A DNA stretch of 64,000 nucleotides from Candidatus Margulisiibacteriota bacterium (GTDB taxonomy: Bacteria; Margulisbacteria; Riflemargulisbacteria; GWF2-39-127), in the NCBI GenBank assembly GCA_003242895.1, contig QKMY01000023.1, forward strand, positions 1,982-65,981, written 5' to 3'. The position numbers and the translations under genes are program-made. The notes beneath the pieces are model-generated. The model was not told where the DNA came from. It worked only from the letters and a program-made list of their open reading frames with translations, and ran no database searches. Positions 47,526 to 57,483 of this stretch are shown piece by piece (the stretch's first letter is position 1; each line of letters begins with the position of its first letter).

Positions 47526-47751
47526 CAGGGCAATCGCATACTAAATAAAGAAACTTTTCAATAATGACGTCATCCCAGCATGTATTAGCTGGGATCCATT
47601 CTGTAAAACTAATCAAAATGAAGAATAAATAATTGATATCCTATTTCAGGATAATAATCCTGATTGGAATGACCTTTATTATAGGTTATAGTTTATAGAT
47701 CCCTGATGAGGGCATTCAGAAATGACGGAATTTTAGTATGCGATAGCCCTG
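47526..47751. repeat. 20-bp inverted repeat pair (19/20 match) enclosing a 186-bp hairpin-rich noncoding segment
   Basis: CAGGGCAATCGCATACTAAA (47526-47545) pairs with TTTAGTATGCGATAGCCCTG (47732-47751). The interior carries several local palindromes (TGACGTCA, CCCAGC..GCTGGG, ATCCT..AGGAT). Confidence 0.5.
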
Positions 47752-47916
47752 TTGAAAGATATTCTTGACGTATAATATTTTTGAGATATTATCTTAGCAG
47801 CTAGCTAGGAGGGGTCCGCTTCTCGTACTTATTGTGACCTTGTTCCAATGTATGAGGAGTGGGCTTCTCATAACGATAAATAATATATAGTGCTCATTTT
47901 GAAATAATTGAATACA

Positions 47917-48951
47917 CTATATCTCGTTTGACATGATTTGTTTGAGAATGTCCATTTCATCAAGCGCTTTTCCAGTTCCATAGGCAACGCAAGATAAAGG
48001 GTCTTCGGCAATCACGACATCAATGTCTGTTTCTTTTGCAATGAACTTATCAAGGCCGTGAAGTAATGCGCCTCCACCTGCGAGAACTATTCCTTTTTCC
48101 ATAATATCAGATGATAGTTCAGGAGGGGTCTTTTCGAGAACTGTGCGGACAGCGTTAACTATGGTATTGATTGGCTCGGAGATTGCTTCTCTTACTTCGG
48201 TTGAAGTAATATTAAATGTTTTTGGAAGTCCGGTAACGAGATCTCTTCCTCGTATTTCCATGGTTTTTTCTTTTTCGAACGGGAACGCTGATCCAAGTTC
48301 CATTTTTATTTCTTCAGCTGTTCTTTCTCCGATAAGTAGTCTGTAATTATCACGGCAGTGGGTGATAATCGCTTCATCAAGCTCGTCACCTGCAACTCGG
48401 ACGGATTTGGATATGACGATGCCGCCTAATGAGATAACGGCAACCTCTGTTGTGCCTCCGCCGATGTCTACGATCATATTTCCTTCTGGTTCGGATACCG
48501 GGAGTCCTGCTCCAATTGCTGCTGCCATAGGCTCTTCAATAAGATAAGCCTCTCGCGCACCAGCATGAACGGCAGCATCTAGTACTGCTCTTTTCTCGAC
48601 ACCAGTGATGCCGGAAGGTACTCCGATGACTACTCGTGGACTAATTAATGATGAACGGTTGTGGACTTTCTGGATAAAATAACGGATCATTGTTTCGGTA
48701 ACTTCGAAGTTTGCTATAACGCCGTCTCTCATTGGTCTTACAGCAGTGATATTGCCTGGAGTTCTTCCTATCATTCTTTTGGCTTCGTTTCCAACTGCTA
48801 GTGTCATATTGGTTCTTTGATCAATCGCAACTACAGAAGGTTCTCTCAGGACAATTCCTTCACCTTTAATATATATAAGAGTGTTTGCGGTTCCAAGATC
48901 TATGCCTAAGTCGTGTGAAAATCTACCAAAAAACTTGCCAAATAATTTCAT
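47917..48951 (-). CDS. mreB: rod shape-determining protein MreB
   Basis: The N-terminus reads [27 protein letters not shown], with actin-fold phosphate motifs. Start taken at the internal ATG. The ORF track extends to 49029. Confidence 0.9.
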   Translation of the reverse strand: MKLFGKFFGRFSHDLGIDLGTANTLIYIKGEGIVLREPSVVAIDQRTNMTLAVGNEAKRMIGRTPGNITAVRPMRDGVIANFEVTETMIRYFIQKVHNRSSLISPRVVIGVPSGITGVEKRAVLDAAVHAGAREAYLIEEPMAAAIGAGLPVSEPEGNMIVDIGGGTTEVAVISLGGIVISKSVRVAGDELDEAIITHCRDNYRLLIGERTAEEIKMELGSAFPFEKEKTMEIRGRDLVTGLPKTFNITSTEVREAISEPINTIVNAVRTVLEKTPPELSSDIMEKGIVLAGGGALLHGLDKFIAKETDIDVVIAEDPLSCVAYGTGKALDEMDILKQIMSNEI

Positions 48952-49060
48952 GAATAGAATAAACTCCTTTGGGTCCAGAATGAATAAATGAGTGAAATTT
49001 AAAAAAGAATAACAGAAATCATCGTACAACGAAAGCCTTCAAAAATCAATATAGTAATTT

Positions 49061-49813
49061 TTACTGTTGTATTTCTATTTTCGCTTCGATGGGGTGTGGC
49101 TGTTTGTTTCTTAGGAGTGTAACGATGTATTCGCAAGGGCCGGAGATCATATACAGAAGTCCAATTATTAGGAGAGAGAATTTGTAGTATGAAATTATTG
49201 TAAACCCAAGGAAGACTATTGTTATGAGTACGCTGAATGGTTTTCGATTCTTCAGGTCAAGCTCTTTGAGTCCGTGATATTTGAAGTTGCTTACCATGAG
49301 TATTGATAAAAGGTACACTATTGCAGCGATGAGCGCCGGATTGTTGATTAGTGGACTAAGAAAGGATGAATATTCGGAGTGGCTAAAGACTATATAAGAT
49401 AAAATTACTCCAGCCGCCGCAGGGGTTGGCAGTCCAACAAAGCATTTAATACTGGAATTTTTTGTGATTACATTAAACCTGGCAAGGCGCATTGCACAAC
49501 ATGCAACAAAAAGGAATGCTGCCATCCAACCAATTTTCCCGAATGGTTTTAGCATTGATAAATAGATTAATAGTGAAGGAGCTATGCCAAATGATAAAAT
49601 ATCGGAAAGTGAGTCAAGTTCTATGCCAAAATGTGATGTCGTATGTGTTAGCCGGGCTATTTTGCCATCAAGTACATCAAATATACCTGCTGCGATTATA
49701 ATTAAAGCAGCTGTTAGGAAATGCCCGTTAATTGAAGCTATGATTGAATAGAATCCACAGAACATGCCGCTAATTGTTAGTAAATTAGGCAGGATATAAA
49801 TTCCTCGCTTCAT
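49061..49813 (-). CDS. pssA: CDP-diacylglycerol--serine O-phosphatidyltransferase
   Basis: Has the CDP-alcohol phosphatidyltransferase motif DVLDGKIAR...G.ELDSLSD. Confidence 0.8.
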   Translation of the reverse strand: MKRGIYILPNLLTISGMFCGFYSIIASINGHFLTAALIIIAAGIFDVLDGKIARLTHTTSHFGIELDSLSDILSFGIAPSLLIYLSMLKPFGKIGWMAAFLFVACCAMRLARFNVITKNSSIKCFVGLPTPAAAGVILSYIVFSHSEYSSFLSPLINNPALIAAIVYLLSILMVSNFKYHGLKELDLKNRKPFSVLITIVFLGFTIISYYKFSLLIIGLLYMISGPCEYIVTLLRNKQPHPIEAKIEIQQ

Positions 49814-50451
49814 CTGAGCTCTCCTATTATTGTGCTCCCACCTTTAACTTTTTCCCCAACATTAACATTTATTTTGCATTGAGAAGGTAATAATAAGTCG
49901 ACGCGGGACCCGAATTTGATGAGTCCGAAGCGGTCGCCTTTTTTTATCATATCACCGTTTTGCGGCCAGCAGACGATTCGGCGCGCTATGAGTCCTGCGA
50001 TTTGTTTTACAATGATTTTTTTGTTGTCATTTGTGATTGTTAAGGATGTTTGTTCGTTTACTTCCGAGGCTTTCTCTGCAAAAGCCACAAGGAATTTTCC
50101 GGGATTGTATTTTTTGTCCGAAATCATTCCTGTAATCGGCGCACGGTTGATATGTACATTAAAAACGGAAAGAAAGATACTTATCTGGTTGTATGTTTCG
50201 TTTCCAACGATGACAGGCTTAATTGCTACAACTTTGCCATCGGCCGGAGATACGATAAGATTTTCTTCGGTTGGTACCGTTCTTTCCGGATCTCTAAAGA
50301 AATATATTATGAAAAGGGACAGGAATAGGAAGAAATACGTAAGTAAGCTATTTTGAAGCGCATATGAGAAATAATAGAATACCAAGGATATTGCTATAAA
50401 TGGATAGCCTTCTTTTGCAATAGGTAATAATTTGGGTTTATTGTGGGTCAT
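49810..50451 (-). CDS. psd: phosphatidylserine decarboxylase proenzyme (short, archaeal-type)
   Basis: The 214-aa length and overall profile fit short-type PSD. Candidate proenzyme cleavage motif is FGSRV, where canonical is (L/F)GST; this position was not verified by alignment. It overlaps pssA by 4 nt. Start taken at the ATG at 50451. Confidence 0.7.
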   Translation of the reverse strand: MTHNKPKLLPIAKEGYPFIAISLVFYYFSYALQNSLLTYFFLFLSLFIIYFFRDPERTVPTEENLIVSPADGKVVAIKPVIVGNETYNQISIFLSVFNVHINRAPITGMISDKKYNPGKFLVAFAEKASEVNEQTSLTITNDNKKIIVKQIAGLIARRIVCWPQNGDMIKKGDRFGLIKFGSRVDLLLPSQCKINVNVGEKVKGGSTIIGELR

Positions 50452-50740
50452 AGGATTCTTTTCAAAAAAATAGTAAAGTTTGATAGATATTATATTAAAA
50501 TTCAACAGCCTTTGTAAAGGACATATATTTTCTTGTTCGAAAGGTATATCGTCGTTATCCTGAATTAGTCTCAACAATCTTCTCTGTTATGATGTTAATT
50601 CTGCTGAGAAAATTTTAGTTGCGGTTTCTTTGAATTGTAATTAAAGTATATCAAAAAAATTAAGATCAGTAGTGCTGTTTTTGGAGGGGATCAAATATTT
50701 GAACGGTATTTTTAATGTTGTTATAGGAAAATATTGTGTC

Positions 50741-50753
50741 ACCCTGTCAGGGT
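50741..50753. promoter_or_regulatory. 13-bp perfect palindrome ACCCTGTCAGGGT in a divergent promoter region (candidate operator)
   Basis: Lies between the psd/pssA/mreB side and the pectate-lyase-like gene. A 1-nt loop rules out an RNA hairpin, so this is dyad symmetry typical of a dimeric repressor site. Confidence 0.3.
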
Positions 50754-50919
50754 TGACTTGTTGCGGTATAGTTGTTATTCTGTAGCCCGTTAAAATGCTC
50801 TGCGTTTGCTCTTGTGGTTATTTCCAATAAAACATCTTCATTGTCGTAAAAAATCCAAAATATTGTAAGTATATAGTATGAGATGCAAATAGAGTAATAT
50901 AATAATAAGGAGAATTATT

Positions 50920-52392
50920 GTGAAAAACAGAATCAAAATAGCAATAAGTACATTATTCTTAATTGCGAGTGTGTTCCTCTCTGTAGGGTATAGTTCTTTA
51001 TTTATTTCTGAGGAAAGACCATTTCCTTTGCCCGGTCCGACGATTCCAGCGATTCCAGCTTTTCCTGGTGCTGAAGGGTTTGGGGCAAAAACGCGAGGCG
51101 CTTATGCGTTGCCAAATCAACGTCCGGTGGTTTTGAAAGTGACTAATTTGAATGATAGCGGGAATGGTAGTTTAAGGTGGGCATTAGAATATGATGGTCC
51201 CAGAGTTGTTGTTTTTAACACCGGGGGGACTATAAAGCTTAATCAGGAGATTTCTGTTGAGCATCCTTACCTGACTATTGCCGGACAAACTGCTCCGGGT
51301 GGGGGTATCTGCATTAAGGGTGCGCCGATAAGGATAAAGAGTCATAACATTATCGTAAGAGGGCTTCGGGTGCGGAATGGAAATTTACGTACCAGTACAG
51401 ATTTCCAGAATGGAGATGGCCTTTCTATTGAAGCTTCAGGAGGGTATACCTGTCCGAATGGTGAACCTAATAATATCATTATAGACCATTGTTCGATAAC
51501 TTGGGGGAGTGATGAAAATGGGCAGGTATGGTATGCAGCTCACGATATTACCTGGCAATGGAATATTATTGCCGAGTCTATCTGGTCGCCTGCTTATCCT
51601 GAGATTACAGGCTATGGACTCCTGATAGGAAGTCGGGTCCACAACATTAGTATCCATCATAATTTGTTTGCTCATAATAAGGCGAGGAATCCGGAATGCA
51701 ATGCTGATACTAAAGGTGAAATTGTAAATAATGTAGTCTATAATTGGTCAAATAAAGGAACGGATTTCATCGGCAGTCCAAAAGAGAGCCCTAATTCCGG
51801 TTTCTACGATTTCCAGCCTTCTTATTGGAACCTGGTCGGTAATTATTATAAAAAGAAAGGTACCGAAGGCAACCCCAAACCTCTATTGCTTTTTAATTAT
51901 CCGGGCTGGAACAAAGAGTACTATATTCATGAAAATTCTAAGTTTTATTTAGAAGGTAATGCTAATGTTGCTAATAGCAGTCGGGACTGGGATATCGTCT
52001 CTTTTGAAGGCGGTGGAAACGGCAGCTCATATAAGTCCGAATCTCCGGTTATAGGCTTGTCAGGGATTAAAGCCGGTCCTGCTGACAGTATCTATTCTCC
52101 GGTCCTAAATAATGTTGGGGCAAGGCTCCCCATTGTTGATTCCGTGGATGCTCGCATAATTGCGGATGTGCAGAACGGAACAGGCGAAATCCGTTCAAGC
52201 GTAAGTGACGGAGATTATCCGGTTTTAGAAAGCGGTTCCGCCCCTGTTGATTCAGATGATGACGGGTTGCCGGATAGCTTCGAACTGTCACAAGGTGGTA
52301 GCGTGATCGGAATTGATCCGAATGAGAATGCGCCAAGCGGATATAGCTGGATTGAAGAATACGTTAATTCATTGATCCCGGCAGTCAATTAA
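50920..52392 (+). CDS. secreted pectate lyase family (PL1-like) right-handed beta-helix protein
   Basis: Has a GTG start with an AAGGAG RBS and a signal peptide. PL1 motifs are present: IIIDHCSITWGSDE (the WiDH region) and AHNKARNPECNADTKGEIVNNVVYNW (the R.P..R.G....NN region). A DSDDDGLPDSFE Ca-binding-like motif sits near the C-terminus. Confidence 0.7.
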   Translation: MKNRIKIAISTLFLIASVFLSVGYSSLFISEERPFPLPGPTIPAIPAFPGAEGFGAKTRGAYALPNQRPVVLKVTNLNDSGNGSLRWALEYDGPRVVVFNTGGTIKLNQEISVEHPYLTIAGQTAPGGGICIKGAPIRIKSHNIIVRGLRVRNGNLRTSTDFQNGDGLSIEASGGYTCPNGEPNNIIIDHCSITWGSDENGQVWYAAHDITWQWNIIAESIWSPAYPEITGYGLLIGSRVHNISIHHNLFAHNKARNPECNADTKGEIVNNVVYNWSNKGTDFIGSPKESPNSGFYDFQPSYWNLVGNYYKKKGTEGNPKPLLLFNYPGWNKEYYIHENSKFYLEGNANVANSSRDWDIVSFEGGGNGSSYKSESPVIGLSGIKAGPADSIYSPVLNNVGARLPIVDSVDARIIADVQNGTGEIRSSVSDGDYPVLESGSAPVDSDDDGLPDSFELSQGGSVIGIDPNENAPSGYSWIEEYVNSLIPAVN

Positions 52393-52425
52393 ACTAATAT
52401 GCTGCTGGTTGATGAATATTGTCTG

Positions 52426-52458
52426 CCGGCAGCTGCTTATTGCCGGAAACTATTTTTT
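52426..52458 (+). terminator. rho-independent terminator candidate after the pectate-lyase-like gene
   Basis: The hairpin CCGGCA-gctgcttat-TGCCGG is followed by aaacta and a T6 run. Confidence 0.4.
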
Positions 52459-52600
52459 GTCATTTTCGAACTCTCATGATTAAAACTTAGTGTTAGTGTT
52501 GGAATATTGTCTTGACAAATAATCGATATCGCATTAAAAAGTTACCTGGGAATAATTAATAATATTATTCATAATTCAATAGTAAGTATAGGATTAAAAT

Positions 52601-53653
52601 ATGAAAATTCTAATAACTGGGGCTGCAGGTTTTATCGGCTCTCATTTGGTTCGGAAGTTGGTTACGGAAGGCCACGTTGTTACCGGTCTTGATAATATTA
52701 ATGATTATTATGATGTTCGGCTAAAATACGGGCGATTGACAGAGGTTGGAATTGCTGAAGATAAGACTGAATACAACACGATAGTTCAGAGCGAAAATTA
52801 CGAAAACTATAAATTCATTAAATTAAATCTTGAAGACAAAGATAATCTGTTTAAGCTTTTTGAGAACGAGAAGTTTGATAAGGTATGCAACCTCGCTGCA
52901 CAGGCTGGTGTGAGGTACTCTATTACCAATCCTTATGCATATATTTCCAGTAATATTGTCGGGTTTATTAATATTCTTGAAGCCTGCCGGCATAATAATA
53001 TCAAGCATTTGGCGTATGCCAGCAGTTCTTCTGTTTACGGGCTCAATGAAGAAATGCCTTTTTCGACAAAGCATAATGTCGATCATCCGATCAGCCTTTA
53101 TGCGGCCAGCAAGAAAAGCAACGAGCTTATGGCACATACCTATAGTTACTTATATGGTCTTCCGACGACCGGATTGAGGTTCTTTACGGTATATGGCCCG
53201 TGGGGCCGTCCTGATATGGCGCTGTTCTTATTTGTTAAAGCTATTCTTGAGGAACGACCTATTGATATTTACAACAATGGAAAGATGATTAGGGATTTCA
53301 CTTATGTTGACGATATTGTAGAAGGTGTGACGAGAGTTATTAATACTCCTCCGGTAAAGAACGACAACTGGTCAGGCAGAGACGGAGATCCTTCCGCTAG
53401 TAAGGCGCCTTACAAAGTTTATAATATCGGGAATTCCGCTCCTGTTAATTTGATGGATTTTATTGAAGCTATTGAAAAAGAAGTCGGTAAACCCGCCAGG
53501 AAAAATTTTTTACCTATGCAGGATGGGGATGTTCCGGCTACCTGGGCTGATGTGTCTGACCTGATGAGCGATCTGAATTACAAACCTGATACTCCGGTAA
53601 GCAAAGGTATACAAGAGTTCGTGATCTGGTACAGGCAATTCTATAGGGTCTAG
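52601..53653 (+). CDS. UDP-glucuronate 4-epimerase (NAD-dependent epimerase/dehydratase family)
   Basis: Near-colinear with characterised UDP-GlcA 4-epimerases (Gla/Cap1J type): GAAGFIGSH, DNINDYYDVRLKYGRL, YASSSSVYG, YAASKKSNELMAHTYS..YGLPTTGLRFFTVYGPWGRPDMA. Confidence 0.85.
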   Translation: MKILITGAAGFIGSHLVRKLVTEGHVVTGLDNINDYYDVRLKYGRLTEVGIAEDKTEYNTIVQSENYENYKFIKLNLEDKDNLFKLFENEKFDKVCNLAAQAGVRYSITNPYAYISSNIVGFINILEACRHNNIKHLAYASSSSVYGLNEEMPFSTKHNVDHPISLYAASKKSNELMAHTYSYLYGLPTTGLRFFTVYGPWGRPDMALFLFVKAILEERPIDIYNNGKMIRDFTYVDDIVEGVTRVINTPPVKNDNWSGRDGDPSASKAPYKVYNIGNSAPVNLMDFIEAIEKEVGKPARKNFLPMQDGDVPATWADVSDLMSDLNYKPDTPVSKGIQEFVIWYRQFYRV

Positions 53654-53756
53654 TGTTCAGGTTGTAGCGCATTAAGGGGCTTTTATAGTCTCACCGTTGT
53701 CAGTGAGTCCGGATAATACTTTTCAAATTTCCACTGAGAATGGCTTGGCTTCTTCT

Positions 53757-54329
53757 TTATTGCTGGGTTTTCCCTATCAAAGACAGGAATTCCTGCCTGG
53801 TAGCGGGATGATCGCGAAAACTCCCCAGAAGTGATGACGTGACAAGCATTGAGTTCTGTTTTTGTACGCCTCTCATCATCATGCAAAGGTGCCGGGCTTC
53901 AATCATGACTCCCACTCCAGCCGCACCGATTGCATCCTTAATGGCATTTGAAATTTGTTCAGTTAAATGTTCCTGGATTTGTAATCTCCGTGAGTAGGTA
54001 TCTACTATGCGGGCAAGTTTACTTGCACCAATTACTTTTCCATTAGGAAGATAACCAATATGGCAGCGCCCATAGAAGGGTAAGAGATGGTGTTCGCAAA
54101 GGCTATAGAGCTCTATATCTTTTATGATAATCATACTATCTACTTCTTGAGTAAAAATTGCATTATTGATTAATTTTTTCATATCTACAGAATATCCCGA
54201 GGTAAGGAATTTTAAGGACTTGGCTAGCCTATTGGGCGTTCTCACTATCCCTTCACGGTTGGTATCTTCACCAAGTTCAGTTAATAATTCCTTTACCAGC
54301 ATTTCAATTCGTTCATTATTCCTAGGCAT
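53757..54329 (-). CDS. folE: GTP cyclohydrolase I
   Basis: The CEHHLLPF and [14 protein letters not shown] motifs are present. Length is 190 aa. Confidence 0.9.
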   Translation of the reverse strand: MPRNNERIEMLVKELLTELGEDTNREGIVRTPNRLAKSLKFLTSGYSVDMKKLINNAIFTQEVDSMIIIKDIELYSLCEHHLLPFYGRCHIGYLPNGKVIGASKLARIVDTYSRRLQIQEHLTEQISNAIKDAIGAAGVGVMIEARHLCMMMRGVQKQNSMLVTSSLLGSFRDHPATRQEFLSLIGKTQQ

Positions 54330-54840
54330 GTGAAATCTCTTTTCTCACTTGTTCTGTATATTCTTTTAGAGGTTCCATATTTGCTTGTGATAATTTCCCG
54401 GCTACTTTATCTATTGGGACGTTCCATCCGGGCAAGACCAAATCCGGAGATAATTCCATTAAGGGAATTGCTAAGAACGACCGACATACGATCATTGGAT
54501 CCGGAAGTGTCATTTTATCGGTTACTAGGACAAGACTGTCATATATGATTAAGTCAAGATCAATGGTACGGGAGGCATATTTATCAGCACTTCTTTCTCT
54601 TCCCAGACTTTTTTCGATGGGTTTGAGCACGGAATTTTTTAATTGCAGCGGAGGTTTTTCCGTATTTATTTCTATTACGCAATTATAGTAGGCGGGCTGG
54701 TTTTTATGACCTTCGGGTTCTGTCCGATAGACGGTAGAGATTTTTACTACATGTTCCTTGGCTGAGAGCATCCCGATTGCACTTTTAACATTTTTACCCG
54801 GACTGATATTTGAACCGATACTTACGAATGCCCTTGTCAT
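54322..54840 (-). CDS. folK: 2-amino-4-hydroxy-6-hydroxymethyldihydropteridine diphosphokinase (HPPK)
   Basis: The N-terminus reads AFVSIGSNI, with an HPPK-like profile. It overlaps both neighbours. Confidence 0.8.
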   Translation of the reverse strand: MTRAFVSIGSNISPGKNVKSAIGMLSAKEHVVKISTVYRTEPEGHKNQPAYYNCVIEINTEKPPLQLKNSVLKPIEKSLGRERSADKYASRTIDLDLIIYDSLVLVTDKMTLPDPMIVCRSFLAIPLMELSPDLVLPGWNVPIDKVAGKLSQANMEPLKEYTEQVRKEISHA

Positions 54841-55199
54841 TGTTCTGCCTTTTGCTTTCGTACAATTTCTACGCCGGCACTTCGGGCAAAACGTAGCGCC
54901 ATTGGCTTCTCAACCAGTACGTTGACTTCTGCCACTATAGGGTTTGCCAAGCAAATTCCGGCGATAGATTCTGCAAGAGCCTCGATTAAATAGCAGCTCG
55001 AATTTTCTATGTTGTTCAGGATTGCTTTCTTGAGTGTGCGATAATCGAGGGTGTCTTCGAAGCGGTCACTTTTCCCTGCTTTCTGAAGGTCTAGAGACAG
55101 TTTTATGTTGATTACGACATCTTGTTTTTCCCGGCGTTCTTTGTCGTTCACGCCAATGATACAGCGCGTACGAAGATCATTAATCAATATTTTATCCAT
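54837..55199 (-). CDS. folB: dihydroneopterin aldolase
   Basis: A 120-aa protein with the profile L.TRCIIGVND.ER.EKQDVVINI. Confidence 0.8.
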   Translation of the reverse strand: MDKILINDLRTRCIIGVNDKERREKQDVVINIKLSLDLQKAGKSDRFEDTLDYRTLKKAILNNIENSSCYLIEALAESIAGICLANPIVAEVNVLVEKPMALRFARSAGVEIVRKQKAEQ

Positions 55200-55926
55200 T
55201 GAGGTGTTTTCCTCCGTCTACGCTGATTATCTGTCCAGTTAAGTAAGTACTCTTGAGAAGATAGATAACCGCCTGCGCTATATCAGAAGGATTGCCGTGT
55301 TTTTTTAAAGGGACGGTTTCTGCTAATTTTTCAAGAAAATGTTCATCTTTGCCTGCTGGCGGGAGAATAAGCCCGGGGGCAATTCCATTGACGGAAACCT
55401 TCGGAGCAAAACTGACGGCAGTCATTTTGGTTAGGAGTAAGAGCATGTTTTTACTTAAAATATAAGCGGTATGGTCCCAATCATAACTGTAGATTTTTGT
55501 ATCAAGCAAATTAATTATTTTACCTTTGCCCATTATGCGGACGAACTCCCGGCTGAGATTAAAAGGGGACCAGGCGTTGACTTGCATTTGCTGAACTATA
55601 TTTTCGAAAGTCATATCCATAAGAGTGTTTCGGGAAAAAATCGAAGCGTTATTAATAAGGAAATCGAATGGCCCTGCCATATCTGCTGTCCTCCGGATTA
55701 GGGTTTCGGTTTCCTGCAAATTCGCGAAATCTGCTTTTATTAGCCACCATTTTACTTTGCGCTCTGTCAAACGGTCACTCAGTTCTTTCGTCTCTTCGAT
55801 TTCTTTCGGATAATGAATGACTATGTTAACTCTTTCGTCAGCCAGTGCTAGAGCTATCGACCGGCCAATGCGTTTCCCGGCGCCTGTGATCAAGGCAGTT
55901 TTACCTGATAATATTTCTTGGCTCAA
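55192..55926 (-). CDS. SDR-family oxidoreductase, possibly pteridine/dihydromonapterin reductase (FolM/PTR1-like)
   Basis: The TGAGKRIGRSIALALA motif resembles PTR1/FolM N-termini. The gene is embedded in the pterin operon. Confidence 0.6.
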   Translation of the reverse strand: MSQEILSGKTALITGAGKRIGRSIALALADERVNIVIHYPKEIEETKELSDRLTERKVKWWLIKADFANLQETETLIRRTADMAGPFDFLINNASIFSRNTLMDMTFENIVQQMQVNAWSPFNLSREFVRIMGKGKIINLLDTKIYSYDWDHTAYILSKNMLLLLTKMTAVSFAPKVSVNGIAPGLILPPAGKDEHFLEKLAETVPLKKHGNPSDIAQAVIYLLKSTYLTGQIISVDGGKHLNG

Positions 55927-55928
55927 AG

Positions 55929-56249
55929 TTAATTCCTCAAATCGATTTTTGCCGCTAAAATGAAATCGTTTTGTGAAAGCCCTCCAACTTTATGTGTGGA
56001 TAATGACAGGGTTACTTTGCTGTAAAAAATGCAAATATCAGGATGATGGTCCTGAGCTTGAGCAAGTTCGGCTATTTTGTTTACAAAATCAATTGCTTCA
56101 TTAAAATCCTTAAAAGCAAATTCCCTGATTAGTTGCTTTTCTTTAAGAGACCAGTTCGGGACTTCTTTCAAGAGTCTATTGGCTTCGTTCATGGAAAGAG
56201 CTGGATCTCCCTGTTTATATGGTTTACAATTTTGCTCTGCAAGCTTCAT
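55929..56249 (-). CDS. pterin-4a-carbinolamine dehydratase
   Basis: A 106-aa protein with the PCD signature E..L.REF.F.DF..A..F......A....HHPD. Confidence 0.8.
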   Translation of the reverse strand: MKLAEQNCKPYKQGDPALSMNEANRLLKEVPNWSLKEKQLIREFAFKDFNEAIDFVNKIAELAQAQDHHPDICIFYSKVTLSLSTHKVGGLSQNDFILAAKIDLRN

Positions 56250-56259
56250 ATTTTTCTCC

Positions 56260-57483
56260 TTACGCTGCTAAGGGTGATTTCCGAATGGCACCCTTCAATT
56301 CTTCAGCCGTTATTTTTCCCCCCTGGCTTAATAGTGATCGAGCCTCATCGACTTTTTTCCATACATTACACAGCATAATGCCTTTTAACTCACCCTTATT
56401 TAAGTAATAAATGACTCCGGTATCATTTTCCTTTGTCCAATCGGCGAACGTTTCAAACTCTGCATTCGTATCACCTACCGCTTCATACCCAAATTCAAAA
56501 AGGTCTGAGAAAAAATAGGGTATATAGGTAAATGGTTCTCCTGCACCTGTCATATTCCGGCCTGCGTATTTTCCTTGATGAATTGAATTATCCCAATGTT
56601 CCAGGCGCATTTGTTTTTTTAGCGCCTGATATGGAAATAGTGCGTTATCTCCCGCTGCATATATATCAGGATTCGAAGTCTGCAGATATTCGTTTACAAC
56701 AATACCATTATTAAAATCCAGATTTGCCGAAGTTGCCAGGTTTTTTTCCGGTGCAATACCAATGCCTGCTATTACCATATCCGATTCGATAAGTTTTTCG
56801 CTATCGGTGTATGTAATGAATTTGTCACCTTGTTTCGCAATCCTAACTGGTTTTTCCCTGTTAAATATGTTAATTTCCCGTTTTAAATAGTGCTCTTGTA
56901 TAGCTTGCCCCAGAGATGGAGGAAAAACTCTGCTGCACAGATAATTATCGGGAAAAATCATTGTCACTGCGACCTTGTTTATACTCAATGCCGCTGCAAT
57001 TTCTGAGCCGATAAATCCGCCGCCTATTACCACTGCCGATTTGCCTTGCTGAGCTTCCTGTCTAGTTCGTAAATAATCATCTAGATACCGGTAGTAGCAG
57101 ATCCCATCAAGATCACCTCCAGGAATCGGAAGGTGACGGGGACTTCCTCCGGTAGCAAGAAGCAGGGTTTCGTAAGCATATTCTTTCCCTTCACTATCTG
57201 TGAGCGTTTTTTGATTTGTATTAATTGAAATAACGTGTTTCCCCAGAGCCAGTATAACGCCATTCTGGTCGTAAAAATTACGGTCATGCACGAAGATGTC
57301 TTCTACTTTTTTCTTTCCAAACCAGAGTTTTTTGGTAAGTGGAGGGCGATCGTAAGGTAAATGTTTTTCAGAACCTATGACCAGGATAGCACCTTTTTTG
57401 TCATACTCTCGAATCCCTTCAACAGCAGAAGCTCCTGCAAGCCCTGCGCCTACTATGATATATAAGAATTTCGTTTTTGCCAT
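56260..57483 (-). CDS. FAD/NAD(P)-dependent pyridine nucleotide-disulfide oxidoreductase family protein (AIF/rubredoxin-reductase-like)
   Basis: Has two dinucleotide-binding motifs (IIVGAGLAGASA and VVIGGGFIGSEIAA). Start taken at the ATG at 57483 (MAKTKF). It is the first gene of the pterin operon. Confidence 0.7.
   Translation of the reverse strand: MAKTKFLYIIVGAGLAGASAVEGIREYDKKGAILVIGSEKHLPYDRPPLTKKLWFGKKKVEDIFVHDRNFYDQNGVILALGKHVISINTNQKTLTDSEGKEYAYETLLLATGGSPRHLPIPGGDLDGICYYRYLDDYLRTRQEAQQGKSAVVIGGGFIGSEIAAALSINKVAVTMIFPDNYLCSRVFPPSLGQAIQEHYLKREINIFNREKPVRIAKQGDKFITYTDSEKLIESDMVIAGIGIAPEKNLATSANLDFNNGIVVNEYLQTSNPDIYAAGDNALFPYQALKKQMRLEHWDNSIHQGKYAGRNMTGAGEPFTYIPYFFSDLFEFGYEAVGDTNAEFETFADWTKENDTGVIYYLNKGELKGIMLCNVWKKVDEARSLLSQGGKITAEELKGAIRKSPLAA

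Noticed and set aside
47700-47730. CUGAUGAG string resembling the hammerhead ribozyme core
   Set aside because: No adjacent stem II, no GAAA junction and no GUC cleavage site in the right geometry. Most likely chance.
44990-47830. Shared 11-mer GGAGGG(G)TCCGC at 44994 and 47809
   Set aside because: Matches of this length are expected by chance many times in 64 kb. No extended similarity.
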